Source: Acinetobacter phage ZZ1
Sequence record: NC_018087.3
DNA length: 64,000 bases
Reading direction: 5' to 3' (one strand)
The translations under genes and the position numbers were made by a program. The first letter of the stretch is position 1. Each line of letters opens with the position of its first letter. Shown here piece by piece: positions 29,986 to 39,574 of the stretch. A model generated the notes under the pieces. The model made no database searches and was not told where the DNA came from. It saw nothing but the letters and a program-made list of their open reading frames with translations.

Positions 29986-30867
29986 TTAAATTTCCTCATA
30001 CTCAATTAGAGTTTTACCATTAAATTTGCTACGATGTTCCTTGTACTTGTAGCCCACATATTTTGCAGCATCTTTACGACTATACAAAATATTATCAATA
30101 ACTACATAATCATCAAGATTGCCGAATGTGCCGAAGCCTTCTGAAGGAATCCAGTTCTCCATCGCTTCAAGGTAATTATTTGCACACGTACGGAAAGTAT
30201 TACACTTTCTATACTTGACGTTGTTTCGTATTTTACGGCAAATCTTACTAATATGTACACCGCCTTTTGAATGTTTTCTAATCAAACGAACAACATTATT
30301 TTTCGCACGACGGTACCCTTCCCAATTGCAATGACGATGAATAGGATCATACCAAGCTGCAGCCAATGCAACATCAATATGTGCAAACTCTGGGTCGAAC
30401 CAACGGTAAACCGTATTACTCTGACTAAGAGTCTTAAGCTTATGATATGAAACATGTTTTGTATCAATCCAAAGCTCAATACCTGTTTCAGGGTCTAAAT
30501 CGTCTTCAGGATCATAATCATAATTATAGTCAAAATAGTTCATCATATCGGATGAACATGCATCAAATGCAGTATCATCCCAAGATGTTCCAAATGGTGC
30601 GTAATCAATAGACCATTTATACTTAACAGCTTCATACGTAAAGTGTGAACCGCAACGACTAACTTCAGCAATCATAGAACGAGTTAAATTGAGGCTATTC
30701 TCTTCTGCGAAATACATAATTTCATCAAAATCAAGAGGATGCATCGCTTCTTCACATTTTGCATTTAGTGTTTTACACAGAGCAATAGCTTCACTTGCTT
30801 CGGGTAAAATACAAACAATATTTTTGTGATGCTCGTAATCCTTTAAAAACACAACAAAATGATTCAT
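29986..30867 (-). CDS. hypothetical protein (293 aa), paralogue of 28482..29195
   Basis: Shared motif WFDPEFAHIDVALAAAW. Confidence 0.4.
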   Translation of the reverse strand: MNHFVVFLKDYEHHKNIVCILPEASEAIALCKTLNAKCEEAMHPLDFDEIMYFAEENSLNLTRSMIAEVSRCGSHFTYEAVKYKWSIDYAPFGTSWDDTAFDACSSDMMNYFDYNYDYDPEDDLDPETGIELWIDTKHVSYHKLKTLSQSNTVYRWFDPEFAHIDVALAAAWYDPIHRHCNWEGYRRAKNNVVRLIRKHSKGGVHISKICRKIRNNVKYRKCNTFRTCANNYLEAMENWIPSEGFGTFGNLDDYVVIDNILYSRKDAAKYVGYKYKEHRSKFNGKTLIEYEEI

Positions 30868-30883
30868 TTAACTCTCCAATAGT

Positions 30884-31189
30884 TTAAGTAGAAGATTGTC
30901 TTTCTTTATAATATGATGATACAACATTTGGATGAATCTTGCCTTGTGCCAATTTCATCACATAATGAATAAAAAACTTCTCGTCCATTTCCATAATGTC
31001 AATTTTATTTTCTGTAAAATATTCATCCAAATGTGGTTTACTAAATGTAAAGTAATCATATGTTAATGCATTTTGACGAACATATTCCATTGCATTTGGG
31101 CGATGTTTATTTTCAGTGTATACTTTAGCGCTAATCATTCCCCAAGCATACATTTCTTCAAAGTTTTTAGGTTCAGTGCGTAATGACAT
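30884..31189 (-). CDS. hypothetical protein (101 aa)
   Basis: ORF. Confidence 0.3.
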   Translation of the reverse strand: MSLRTEPKNFEEMYAWGMISAKVYTENKHRPNAMEYVRQNALTYDYFTFSKPHLDEYFTENKIDIMEMDEKFFIHYVMKLAQGKIHPNVVSSYYKERQSST

Positions 31190-31430
31190 TTTGAATAGCC
31201 TCGATAATTTTTGGATAATTTGAACGAATATTAACTTTTAAACCCTTTGAGGTAATTTCAATTTTAATTCTACAAATCGATTCATAACCTCGTACGAATT
31301 CTGTACACATATAATTTTGTGTATAATGAATTTCTACATCATTTGGATACCCAAATTCTGCCAAAATTGCATTTGTTACTGCTTCTTTAATAGCATATTC
31401 GTACGCCAGTACTCGATTTATTAAACTCAT
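31173..31430 (-). CDS. hypothetical protein (85 aa)
   Basis: ORF. Confidence 0.3.
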   Translation of the reverse strand: MSLINRVLAYEYAIKEAVTNAILAEFGYPNDVEIHYTQNYMCTEFVRGYESICRIKIEITSKGLKVNIRSNYPKIIEAIQNVITH

Positions 31431-31486
31431 ATTGATTTCCTCATTTGGAATTTCATGAAATTATATCATGAAATTCCAATAATGTG

Positions 31487-32539
31487 TTAACGTAATTGTG
31501 TTACTTCTGCAATTTCTTTCCAATTATGTTCATCAGTTTTAACAAAACTTGCAAGATATAATGCTGTACGTAAACTAACATTACGTAAGCGAGAAATATT
31601 GGATTTCATCCACTCTAAAATTTCTAAAGTTTCAGATTCAAGTAATCCTGCTTTAAACATCATATCAGTATTTAAAATTACGTCTTCAACACGGACCATA
31701 ATTTCTTCGTTTGTATGAACACCTAAATCAAGATAAACTGAACGTGAAATAAGAGCATCTAAATGTGGAGCCAACTTGCTTCCACGAGACAATTCACGAT
31801 CAAAATCAACATTTGAAATAAACACAATTGTACCTTCAAATTCAAATTCAAGTGGAATTCCTTCATCTTTAAGGTAAGATGAAGCAGTAGACCAACATAC
31901 TTTACGAGTTTCAGAAGTATCCAACGCTGCTTTAAGAAGATTTAAAGCGTCTTCTGAAGAAAATACATCAACATCATCAAGAACTAATACAGAATTTGAA
32001 GAAGCGCATTCAAATAACTTGCAATATAACCCAATTGGAGACATTTTACCATTTAAAATAGTATATTCAATTTCACCCGCATCATCAGCAGCTTGTAAAT
32101 CACGATTTAATGTAAATGTTTTACCAATTCCAGGCGCACCAGAAATAATCAATGAGCGAATTGATTTATTAATAATGCCTTTAGTCATCATATCCATAAC
32201 TGAAAAACGCTTATTAATACGAGCACGCATTTCTTCAGCAGTTTCTGATGGTGCAACAGGAGTAGGTGCTGCAACTGCTTTGAAAGTATTTGTCATACGA
32301 GCAACAGGTTCAGCATTAACTGCTTGATAAATTTTGTTAAACTGAATTTGTTCGCTTAATTCAAAATTACCTAAATCAACCCAAACGCCTTGCACTTTAC
32401 CATCGATTTCAACAAAAAACTTAACATCGCCTTTTGCGTAATGTGGTTTTGTTTCAGGATACCAATTATTAACAACTTCATACGTGCCTGAAACATATTT
32501 GCCACGTAAGATGCCGTTTGTAATAGTAACTGTTGCCAT
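31487..32539 (-). CDS. P-loop NTPase / AAA-type ATPase (350 aa)
   Basis: Walker A GAPGIGKT and Walker B-like VLVLDDVD. Confidence 0.55.
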   Translation of the reverse strand: MATVTITNGILRGKYVSGTYEVVNNWYPETKPHYAKGDVKFFVEIDGKVQGVWVDLGNFELSEQIQFNKIYQAVNAEPVARMTNTFKAVAAPTPVAPSETAEEMRARINKRFSVMDMMTKGIINKSIRSLIISGAPGIGKTFTLNRDLQAADDAGEIEYTILNGKMSPIGLYCKLFECASSNSVLVLDDVDVFSSEDALNLLKAALDTSETRKVCWSTASSYLKDEGIPLEFEFEGTIVFISNVDFDRELSRGSKLAPHLDALISRSVYLDLGVHTNEEIMVRVEDVILNTDMMFKAGLLESETLEILEWMKSNISRLRNVSLRTALYLASFVKTDEHNWKEIAEVTQLR

Positions 32540-32588
32540 GATAATTTACTCAGTGTTTGTTCATTTGATGTAGTTATTATACAGAAAA

Positions 32589-32614
32589 GCCCAGGCAATG
32601 TAAACTGCCTGGGC
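32589..32614. terminator. hairpin terminator upstream of ATPase gene
   Basis: GCCCAGGCA-atgtaaac-TGCCTGGGC. Confidence 0.5.
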
Positions 32615-32649
32615 GATAAAAAGTTAAATATTTACGTATATTTTTACCA

Positions 32650-32943
32650 TTACATTGTCCCTAATCCAACAATAATTAATAATGCAGCAACTAAACCTAA
32701 CCAATTTATCATTGAACTTAATTTAGTAATTGCAGTGTATTTTGGTGGTGCATAATTTGGATATGTACGTGGCAATTGAAAATATAAATCTGTTTTCAAT
32801 CGAGTACAAGGGGCTTCGCCCTGGTGTTTACCCAAATCAATCCAAAGTGTTTGAACCGATCCATTATAACGAATCGATTTGATTTTACCGAATCGACATT
32901 TGCGCCATACGAATACGGTTTGGTTTTCTTTAAATTTACTCAT
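32650..32943 (-). CDS. small protein with C-terminal transmembrane helix (97 aa)
   Basis: C-terminal WLGLVAALLIIVGLGTM. Confidence 0.3.
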   Translation of the reverse strand: MSKFKENQTVFVWRKCRFGKIKSIRYNGSVQTLWIDLGKHQGEAPCTRLKTDLYFQLPRTYPNYAPPKYTAITKLSSMINWLGLVAALLIIVGLGTM

Positions 32944-33938
32944 TTCAATTTGTACTCCAATTTAATTTGTTCAAGATATACGTCTTCAATAAATTTATCC
33001 CAAAATTTGGTGTCAACTTCTGCGGGCATACCATTTTTAGATGCTTCAATTGCTAAACGATCAACATCTGAAATTGTATCTTCTAAAATTTCAGATACTT
33101 CTTTGAAACTCAATTTACCGAGTTTAATGTCTAAAAGTAATTTTGCATCTTTTAATGGATATTGTAAATCGCCAGTTTTGTATATTTCTTGCAACTGGAA
33201 TCCACCTCGAATCGCATGATGCATAGATTTCCAATCAACACCTTGATTTAATTCAGCTTGACGCGCACGTGCGCCATATTTTTCCCATTGCTTTTTAATT
33301 GCAGATACAAATGATGCAAGTGATACTGTTAATTGATGCTTTGCACCTAATACTTCATAAAATACTTGACCTGTATCTTCATTTGTTACTGTAAAGCAAT
33401 ATTCATTTTGTGGAAGTTTATCAATTACACGATCTAATGTAAAAGACTTCCAACCATACGGCGAAGGTCGATCATATCCAACTTCTTCTTTTGATACAAT
33501 TTCCCATACTTCTCGCAGTGCTGCCATACGAGTGCCTTTAATACCATATTTTGATGCTTGCTTTTTAACATAGCCCAAATACGCTTTCATATCAGTAGTA
33601 TAGAAACGATGACGATTATTATAAATGAAATCCCATGGTTCCATATAGTCATAATCAATAATATGTTGTGTATTAGAATGCAACATATCTAATGCAATTG
33701 TTTCACCTTTAACCGCCATTGCAATAAACTGTTTTAAAGAATACATTTCTTCGTCAACATCATTTGCAGTATTTTTAACATTATCGCCTGCGGTATTATT
33801 TAAATAATGTTCAACAGGATTACCTAAGATCAAGTCTCGAGCACCTGGAATAAAAATACCTTTGATATCTGTATCACTTTCAGGTGTTTGTGTCCCATAT
33901 AAAGCAGAACCAAACACAGTCTTCATAATTAAACGCAT
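32940..33938 (-). CDS. Pol-beta-type nucleotidyltransferase-fold protein (332 aa)
   Basis: N-terminal FGSALYGTQTPESDTDIKGIF fits the hG[GS]x(9-13)DhDh NTase signature. Confidence 0.45.
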   Translation of the reverse strand: MRLIMKTVFGSALYGTQTPESDTDIKGIFIPGARDLILGNPVEHYLNNTAGDNVKNTANDVDEEMYSLKQFIAMAVKGETIALDMLHSNTQHIIDYDYMEPWDFIYNNRHRFYTTDMKAYLGYVKKQASKYGIKGTRMAALREVWEIVSKEEVGYDRPSPYGWKSFTLDRVIDKLPQNEYCFTVTNEDTGQVFYEVLGAKHQLTVSLASFVSAIKKQWEKYGARARQAELNQGVDWKSMHHAIRGGFQLQEIYKTGDLQYPLKDAKLLLDIKLGKLSFKEVSEILEDTISDVDRLAIEASKNGMPAEVDTKFWDKFIEDVYLEQIKLEYKLK

Positions 33939-34039
33939 ATTATCTTACTCATTAAAAACACAAAAACATGATACTGTAAATTATATTAAATGTACACCCT
34001 ATAAATGAAAAAAGAGGAAAATAAATTTCCTCTTTTTAA

Positions 34040-34345
34040 TTAAATTGAAATACGAATATTAGCTCGCCAAACACCTGAAGAGTATTCAACACGGAATGGC
34101 AATTCATCACTAAACACTAATTCACCCGTAAATGGTCTAGATTTAACAGTTTTAATTGTTTTATCCGGCCAAATAAATTTCGCAACAGGTACTTTAAAAA
34201 ATGAGTCCATTTCAACTTCAGCACGAAATTGTACTCGCTCACCTTCTACCCAATAATAATTGGTGTGTTTTAGATCAATTATTGGTAATTCAGACATTTT
34301 AATCCTTAAATGTAATTTTTGGACAAATTTTAGAGTGCTTTGCAT
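34040..34345 (-). CDS. hypothetical protein (101 aa)
   Basis: ORF. Confidence 0.3.
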   Translation of the reverse strand: MQSTLKFVQKLHLRIKMSELPIIDLKHTNYYWVEGERVQFRAEVEMDSFFKVPVAKFIWPDKTIKTVKSRPFTGELVFSDELPFRVEYSSGVWRANIRISI

Positions 34346-34778
34346 GCAAATATTTAATTACAATATTATCAGATTGTTTAATTGTATCTGTAATAGAAGC
34401 ACTACCTTTATTTAGCCACCATTTATGAATAATATGTAATACTAAAAACATACCACATACAATTCCAAAAGCTGCAGCACAAGCAAATGCAATGCCTAAG
34501 GCGCCCAAAATTGCTAAAACCGGATACCAACCCCAATGATTAAGATGTTGAGATTGATCAAAAAATAAATTTAATGCATATTTTTGTTCAAGCCCTGCAG
34601 CCATACCTAAACCTACTGCTGAACATATAAACACACCAAATACAACTAATGCTATAATAACTAGCAATCGCCATGTTAATGCACGAATATATGGACATAA
34701 ATTTTCCGGAACTGGTTTAAATGAAGGCAAAAACGTTTTAATAAGTGAATAATGCCATGATGTTTTACTAATATTCAT
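34299..34778 (-). CDS. integral membrane protein (159 aa)
   Basis: Multiple hydrophobic helices. Confidence 0.4.
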   Translation of the reverse strand: MNISKTSWHYSLIKTFLPSFKPVPENLCPYIRALTWRLLVIIALVVFGVFICSAVGLGMAAGLEQKYALNLFFDQSQHLNHWGWYPVLAILGALGIAFACAAAFGIVCGMFLVLHIIHKWWLNKGSASITDTIKQSDNIVIKYLHAKHSKICPKITFKD

Positions 34779-34783
34779 AATAA

Positions 34784-35050
34784 TTACCTCAATTGCGAAT
34801 CTTTACATCCGCGTCTATTAACATATGATAACACTTGTTTATCATAAACGGCTTGACAATTTATACAATATTGTACACCTTTTACGGCGAGTCGTCTACC
34901 CAATGGAATCACCGCGTCACAATCTTCGCATAATTCATTTGATTCTCTTTTCGATGCCAACTCTAGTTCAAGACGTGCCCAATCTACTGCATCATCAATA
35001 GTGGCTTGATTAGTTTCAAAAACACCATCATTTGGGCCCCAGCCGTTCAT
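34784..35050 (-). CDS. DksA/TraR-family C4 zinc-finger protein
   Basis: CEDCDAVIP...CINCQ C4 motif with DksA/TraR-like spacing; 88 aa. Confidence 0.5.
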   Translation of the reverse strand: MNGWGPNDGVFETNQATIDDAVDWARLELELASKRESNELCEDCDAVIPLGRRLAVKGVQYCINCQAVYDKQVLSYVNRRGCKDSQLR

Positions 35051-35082
35051 AATAAATTACTCATCACTATAAAGTAAGAATA

Positions 35083-35385
35083 TTATAATGAAGTTTTAAT
35101 TATTTGTACACTCTTTTTAGGTTTAATTTCAACATTTTTCTCCTTTACGTATTGTTTACCTGTATTATACCCAGCCACCGAACAATTTTGGGTACATTCG
35201 TTAGAAGACCATTTTGCTTGCAAAAAAGAATAGAAACGTTCTGATTCTGCTTTGCTAGGTTTTTTAAATTGCGAATAAACTTCTAGGGCACCTTCGACAA
35301 AGTTATTAAACTCTTTGTCATTTGCTTGTGCCGCAGAAGACATTAGACATAGTATAAATGCACACAATAATAAAATAGATTTCAT
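35083..35385 (-). CDS. secreted small protein (signal peptide)
   Basis: N-terminus MKSILLLCAFILCLMSSAAQA. Confidence 0.4.
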   Translation of the reverse strand: MKSILLLCAFILCLMSSAAQANDKEFNNFVEGALEVYSQFKKPSKAESERFYSFLQAKWSSNECTQNCSVAGYNTGKQYVKEKNVEIKPKKSVQIIKTSL

Positions 35386-35681
35386 TGATACTCTCCTCTA
35401 TGAGGGTTCAACTGCAAGCATGTACTCATAAATCTTTGATCAAAATTATTATAAATCCATGCTAATTTTACAACATTATTGCGGTCAACAGTAGATTCAT
35501 AATCCGATCTAATGCCCCGTAAAATTTTACGATTTGGGCAAAGCTGTGAGTTGTATACCCTATAAGAAAACGCTAAAGAGTCCACTTCGCGTTCATATGT
35601 TTTTGTTTTTATTGTAGGAATGTTATAAATCCCAATTCCAATTGCTGTTATTACAACAAGTGATAATGTAATTTTTTTCAT
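35382..35681 (-). CDS. secreted/membrane-anchored small protein
   Basis: N-terminal hydrophobic segment. Confidence 0.35.
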   Translation of the reverse strand: MKKITLSLVVITAIGIGIYNIPTIKTKTYEREVDSLAFSYRVYNSQLCPNRKILRGIRSDYESTVDRNNVVKLAWIYNNFDQRFMSTCLQLNPHRGEYQ

Positions 35682-36112
35682 TATTTTTGCTCTGGCAATG
35701 GCCCTGCATTTTCAAATTTATATGTAACATGCTCATTTGCAGTGTCCCAAACTCGAAAAAACATTGGACGTTTACAATCTATGAATAGATTGTCCATCTG
35801 ATCCCTAGATGGGATGTCTATAAGTGAAGTACCTGAAATAGCCCCGGTGGTATTAATACCACATGTACGCATATTAAAAATACCGTAACGTACTACTTGT
35901 CTAACTCCCTTTGAATTGATAAATGATATACCAAAGTTATCACTATCTCTATCATATACAATTTCAGCAAAGGGCATTAATACGGCTGTTGGCTTAGACT
36001 GATCTATTTTTGTGCCATATATTGCATATAATGATGGGGTTAATTGTTCCCAGGCAAAAACGCCTGGGCTTACTAAGAAAAGTAGGCTAAGTAAAACAGC
36101 CTTTATTTTCAT
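35681..36112 (-). CDS. secreted protein (signal peptide)
   Basis: N-terminus MKIKAVLLSLLFLVSPGVFA. Confidence 0.4.
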   Translation of the reverse strand: MKIKAVLLSLLFLVSPGVFAWEQLTPSLYAIYGTKIDQSKPTAVLMPFAEIVYDRDSDNFGISFINSKGVRQVVRYGIFNMRTCGINTTGAISGTSLIDIPSRDQMDNLFIDCKRPMFFRVWDTANEHVTYKFENAGPLPEQK

Positions 36113-36438
36113 CTGTCTAAAAGTCCTGTAATGTATTTTAACATTAATTGGTTTCTATAAGTATCACAAATTTTTCTGTCTTCTGCATGTTCACAGAAAG
36201 TTTGTAATGTTTTAGCTTTCCGATTAATTAATGTTCCGATTGAAGCCGGGTCTCTTTCATTTAAACCGAGATAATACATCCCATCTAATTGAATTGAGAC
36301 CAGATCTGAACATTCTTTATCAATCGAACAAACCATACTTGCAGCTTTTGATGTTTGTTTATCCGATGCCGTATTTTGAGCATACACAGGCATTGAAATA
36401 ATCATGCAGAACACTGCAATTATGTTGATAAGTTTCAT
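36109..36438 (-). CDS. secreted protein (signal peptide)
   Basis: N-terminus MKLINIIAVFCMIISMPVYA. Confidence 0.4.
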   Translation of the reverse strand: MKLINIIAVFCMIISMPVYAQNTASDKQTSKAASMVCSIDKECSDLVSIQLDGMYYLGLNERDPASIGTLINRKAKTLQTFCEHAEDRKICDTYRNQLMLKYITGLLDR

Positions 36439-36962
36439 TATTCAACCTTTAAAATGTTGTTGTCTTTAAGATAATTTGCTTTCTTGATTACACTACGGGA
36501 ATAACCCGCACCTTTGTGCGTAGCCCAGCCTGCATTATAAGACGCTAAAGCCTTTTCTAAATTGCCATTGTGTGTTTTTAACCAATACTGCATTTCTACT
36601 CTTGCCCAATGGGCCGAGGTATTATGATTTTGGAGTTCTTTCGTGATTTGAGCCCGAGATTTATTTACTCCATCTTTAGCCATTCTAGACTTTACTGTCG
36701 TGACCAAGTTTTGATATTGACCGGCAGCATGTTTGCCTGTTCCGCAGTTGATTCCCGCGCTGGTCTCTTGCCACATAACTGCGGCCATGATGTACCCAAA
36801 ATCAACTCGTGAACCGTTAAATTTTAATGGTTTTGAATGACCATAATGATATGCCTTTTGCATATTTTTAATTTGTTGTGGGCTAAAATCTGGTTTAGCC
36901 GCATGCAACATGGGCGAAATTGCTAATGCTAACATTAGTAAAAAATACTTAAAATACTTCAT
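36438..36962 (-). CDS. secreted lytic transglycosylase (SLT domain) with signal peptide
   Basis: Signal peptide MKYFKYFLLMLALAISPMLHAA; catalytic-Glu context VMWQETSAG; ASYNAG motif typical of SLT domains. Confidence 0.55.
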   Translation of the reverse strand: MKYFKYFLLMLALAISPMLHAAKPDFSPQQIKNMQKAYHYGHSKPLKFNGSRVDFGYIMAAVMWQETSAGINCGTGKHAAGQYQNLVTTVKSRMAKDGVNKSRAQITKELQNHNTSAHWARVEMQYWLKTHNGNLEKALASYNAGWATHKGAGYSRSVIKKANYLKDNNILKVE

Positions 36963-37080
36963 AGGAATCTCCTGCTCGTTTGAGCTTGTTTCATTTACGC
37001 TATGCGCATCCTTCTTAATGATAGGTTAAATGTATTTAATACAATATAGGGTTAAATATTGTATCACACCATAATAAAAA

Positions 37081-37100
37081 AGGGAACTAATTTGTTCCCT
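37081..37100. terminator. bidirectional hairpin terminator downstream of GIY-YIG gene
   Basis: AGGGAAC-taattt-GTTCCCT with AAAAA before and TTTTTTT after. Confidence 0.55.
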
Positions 37101-37527
37101 TTTTTTCTTTTGCCTTTCGGCGTCCTTCCAACATACGAGTGTGCCAAAATTTATAAAATTCTGGGTCTTGCAATTTCTCTTGGAGGACTTGTGACGCTTT
37201 AATATTGCGTTCACGAATTAATTCAGTTGAATTGGTGGCATTTACATAATCGAACCCACCAAGGCCACCTAATTTAATGTTATATGAGTTCGGATTTGAG
37301 ACCAAATCGGCATCGACTAACTCCTTTTCGTGTTCATACATTGCGTCTTGGGTATCGTGATATTTTATAATTTCTTTTGTGAAATTATGAATACCATATT
37401 TTTTAATTGCCCGTTTAATAATTGTACCTGAGCCCATATAACCATCATCTAAATTGGATGTTTTATGAGCCCCGATATAAAAATGACCATTAACGTTGTT
37501 AGTGATCTTGTATGTGTAATAAAACAT
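37087..37527 (-). CDS. GIY-YIG homing endonuclease (Seg-like)
   Basis: N-terminus FYYTYKITNNVNGHFYIGAHKTS carries the GIY...YIG motif; size and position typical of free-standing HEGs in T4-like phages. Confidence 0.75.
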   Translation of the reverse strand: MFYYTYKITNNVNGHFYIGAHKTSNLDDGYMGSGTIIKRAIKKYGIHNFTKEIIKYHDTQDAMYEHEKELVDADLVSNPNSYNIKLGGLGGFDYVNATNSTELIRERNIKASQVLQEKLQDPEFYKFWHTRMLEGRRKAKEKKGTN

Positions 37528-37577
37528 CTTTCCACTTTACAAAACCTTAATAATAGTATTTATAAAGTGGAATGGTC

Positions 37578-37925
37578 TTATTTCATACGTTTGGTTCCAT
37601 TTTTCTTAATATAATGTATTACTTCAGTTCGATATTTAGATTTAACCCGATCTGTAACGTCTTTGCCATTACTATTAATAATACGCCACATTTCATTTTG
37701 TTTAACATACGCAAACCCAAAACGATTATGCATGGTTTCACGAGAAACAGCTAAAAATAAGCTTACCATATCAAATCCGTATTGAATTGAACTTTGAGGT
37801 GAATCCTCTTGGATTTTAAACCAATATTTTGCCAAGCGAGTTGTACTTCGATTTGAGTCAAAATACGACCAGGCGCAAAGACATAATAAAAGTACAAAAG
37901 CTGAAATTAAAATACATGCTACCAT
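37578..37925 (-). CDS. membrane protein (115 aa)
   Basis: N-terminal transmembrane helix. Confidence 0.35.
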   Translation of the reverse strand: MVACILISAFVLLLCLCAWSYFDSNRSTTRLAKYWFKIQEDSPQSSIQYGFDMVSLFLAVSRETMHNRFGFAYVKQNEMWRIINSNGKDVTDRVKSKYRTEVIHYIKKNGTKRMK

Positions 37926-37926
37926 A

Positions 37927-38187
37927 TCATTCTCCCAATGATGCCAACCATTCTTGATGGTTTATTTCTGATTGAATTGCGATTGCTTCAGATAAAAGTT
38001 CTTTTATTTCATCTACATCCGCATTATCTTCCCCTGTTACCCAAAAAGTACTCACGCAACCAAGTTCTGTGCCAAGTTCTTTTATTACATTAATTACAGT
38101 GCTTACGTTATTATCAAAATATGGAATGAGATAGTTGTAATGATCTGTTGATTCGGTAACTAAATGTATTGCTACAAATAATTTCAT
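37927..38187 (-). CDS. hypothetical protein (86 aa)
   Basis: ORF. Confidence 0.3.
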   Translation of the reverse strand: MKLFVAIHLVTESTDHYNYLIPYFDNNVSTVINVIKELGTELGCVSTFWVTGEDNADVDEIKELLSEAIAIQSEINHQEWLASLGE

Positions 38188-38648
38188 TAGGTTATCTCCA
38201 TTAATGACAGCATACGATAATCGCGCTGAATGTCAAATAAGAACATACCACTCAATGAACTAATAGTACCATGATGTTCTAAAATACCTATAGATACTTT
38301 TAGATCGCGCAAATTTATATATTTTACTAAGTATCGACCATATGCAATTGATTTCATTGATTCTTTATCAAAACTCTTAGGCATATTAAAAATAGTCTGT
38401 TCACCTAATTCAATGTTAAATTGACAGTTATATTCAGCAATAACTTCTTTAATATACCATCTATATATTTTGAACCCATCTACAACAAATTCAATATCAG
38501 TATTTTTAACTGTAACCTGGGCTGAAACAATTTCATTCGCTTGTTCATGAGTATCATCAAATACAATTTTAAAAGATACTCCTGGTACTTTTAAAAGATT
38601 TGAAATTTTCCACCAATCACTTGGTGATATTGATGTTTTAATAACCAT
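38187..38648 (-). CDS. hypothetical protein (153 aa)
   Basis: ORF. Confidence 0.3.
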   Translation of the reverse strand: MVIKTSISPSDWWKISNLLKVPGVSFKIVFDDTHEQANEIVSAQVTVKNTDIEFVVDGFKIYRWYIKEVIAEYNCQFNIELGEQTIFNMPKSFDKESMKSIAYGRYLVKYINLRDLKVSIGILEHHGTISSLSGMFLFDIQRDYRMLSLMEIT

Positions 38649-38835
38649 TCCATAATCCCGATAAGCTTAAACATAAACACGTACAACCTATAATAAATGG
38701 TATCGGTTTAAATTTATATGTCGACTGTGTACAAAAAATATACAAACCGTCAATTATTAAAGATAGGCCTACAAAACAACCTATAATATAACCTAATACA
38801 TTTACATCCATAATTACATCGCCTTTAATGCGCAA
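38638..38835 (-). CDS. small membrane protein (65 aa)
   Basis: Two hydrophobic segments. Confidence 0.3.
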   Translation of the reverse strand: MRIKGDVIMDVNVLGYIIGCFVGLSLIIDGLYIFCTQSTYKFKPIPFIIGCTCLCLSLSGLWNGY

Positions 38836-39437
38836 AAGTCTACAGCTTCAACAAACTCTTTGTCATTTTTAATTTCAATATTTGCTGCAGCACATGCTGG
38901 TAACGCTTTTTGAAATGCAGGATCATCTCTATATGATTTATCTTCGCCGGCAATAGCAGGTAATTCGTTTTCAAAATCATCGACATCATTAAACCCTGCA
39001 ATCTCAGACTCATTTAATTCGAGACCTACATTTTCACGTGGCAATTGAACTCGATCTTTTTCAGGAATAATCGGATAAGGTTTTAATGTTTCATCAACAC
39101 ATTTTTCAACTTTAACTTGATACTCTTGTAATACAGTTGCGCCGTAATCACTAGACATATCAATATTTTTCAGTAAGTTTTCAAATTTAGAATTACATAC
39201 GGCAATAGCTTTAAATGCAATTGAACCATATAATTCTGCGGCTTTATATTCGGCTTCAGTTTCAAGAGAAAAATTTGTATTAACAGTTGTATGCTCTTGA
39301 AGATTTTTTACACCATATTGCATTTCGTTAACAGTAGGAGCTACTGTAGCTTCTTTATGTGTACTACATCCAACTAAGCTTAAAGATGCGATTGAAATAG
39401 CTAAAAGTAATTTGTTCATGATTATCTCACAATACAT
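38814..39437 (-). CDS. putative lipoprotein (207 aa)
   Basis: N-terminus ...LLLAISIASLSLVGCS has a signal peptide and lipobox. Confidence 0.45.
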   Translation of the reverse strand: MYCEIIMNKLLLAISIASLSLVGCSTHKEATVAPTVNEMQYGVKNLQEHTTVNTNFSLETEAEYKAAELYGSIAFKAIAVCNSKFENLLKNIDMSSDYGATVLQEYQVKVEKCVDETLKPYPIIPEKDRVQLPRENVGLELNESEIAGFNDVDDFENELPAIAGEDKSYRDDPAFQKALPACAAANIEIKNDKEFVEAVDFCALKAM

Positions 39438-39543
39438 TTATTCATTCATTGGTGCTATTATATAAGCAAAAAATTAAAAGCGTACATATATCAAATGTAA
39501 ACTTTTGTAACTGAAAAATAATTCAATTATTTTTCAATAAAGG

Positions 39544-39574
39544 GTTTACAAGTCGGTTGAACTGAGCCATAATA
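39544..39574 (+). promoter_or_regulatory. candidate early-type promoter (GTTTAC -35, ~17 nt, cATAATa -10) for ORF 39607
   Basis: GTTTAC at 39544-39549 and CATAAT at 39568-39573, about 30 nt upstream of the ATG. Confidence 0.35.
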
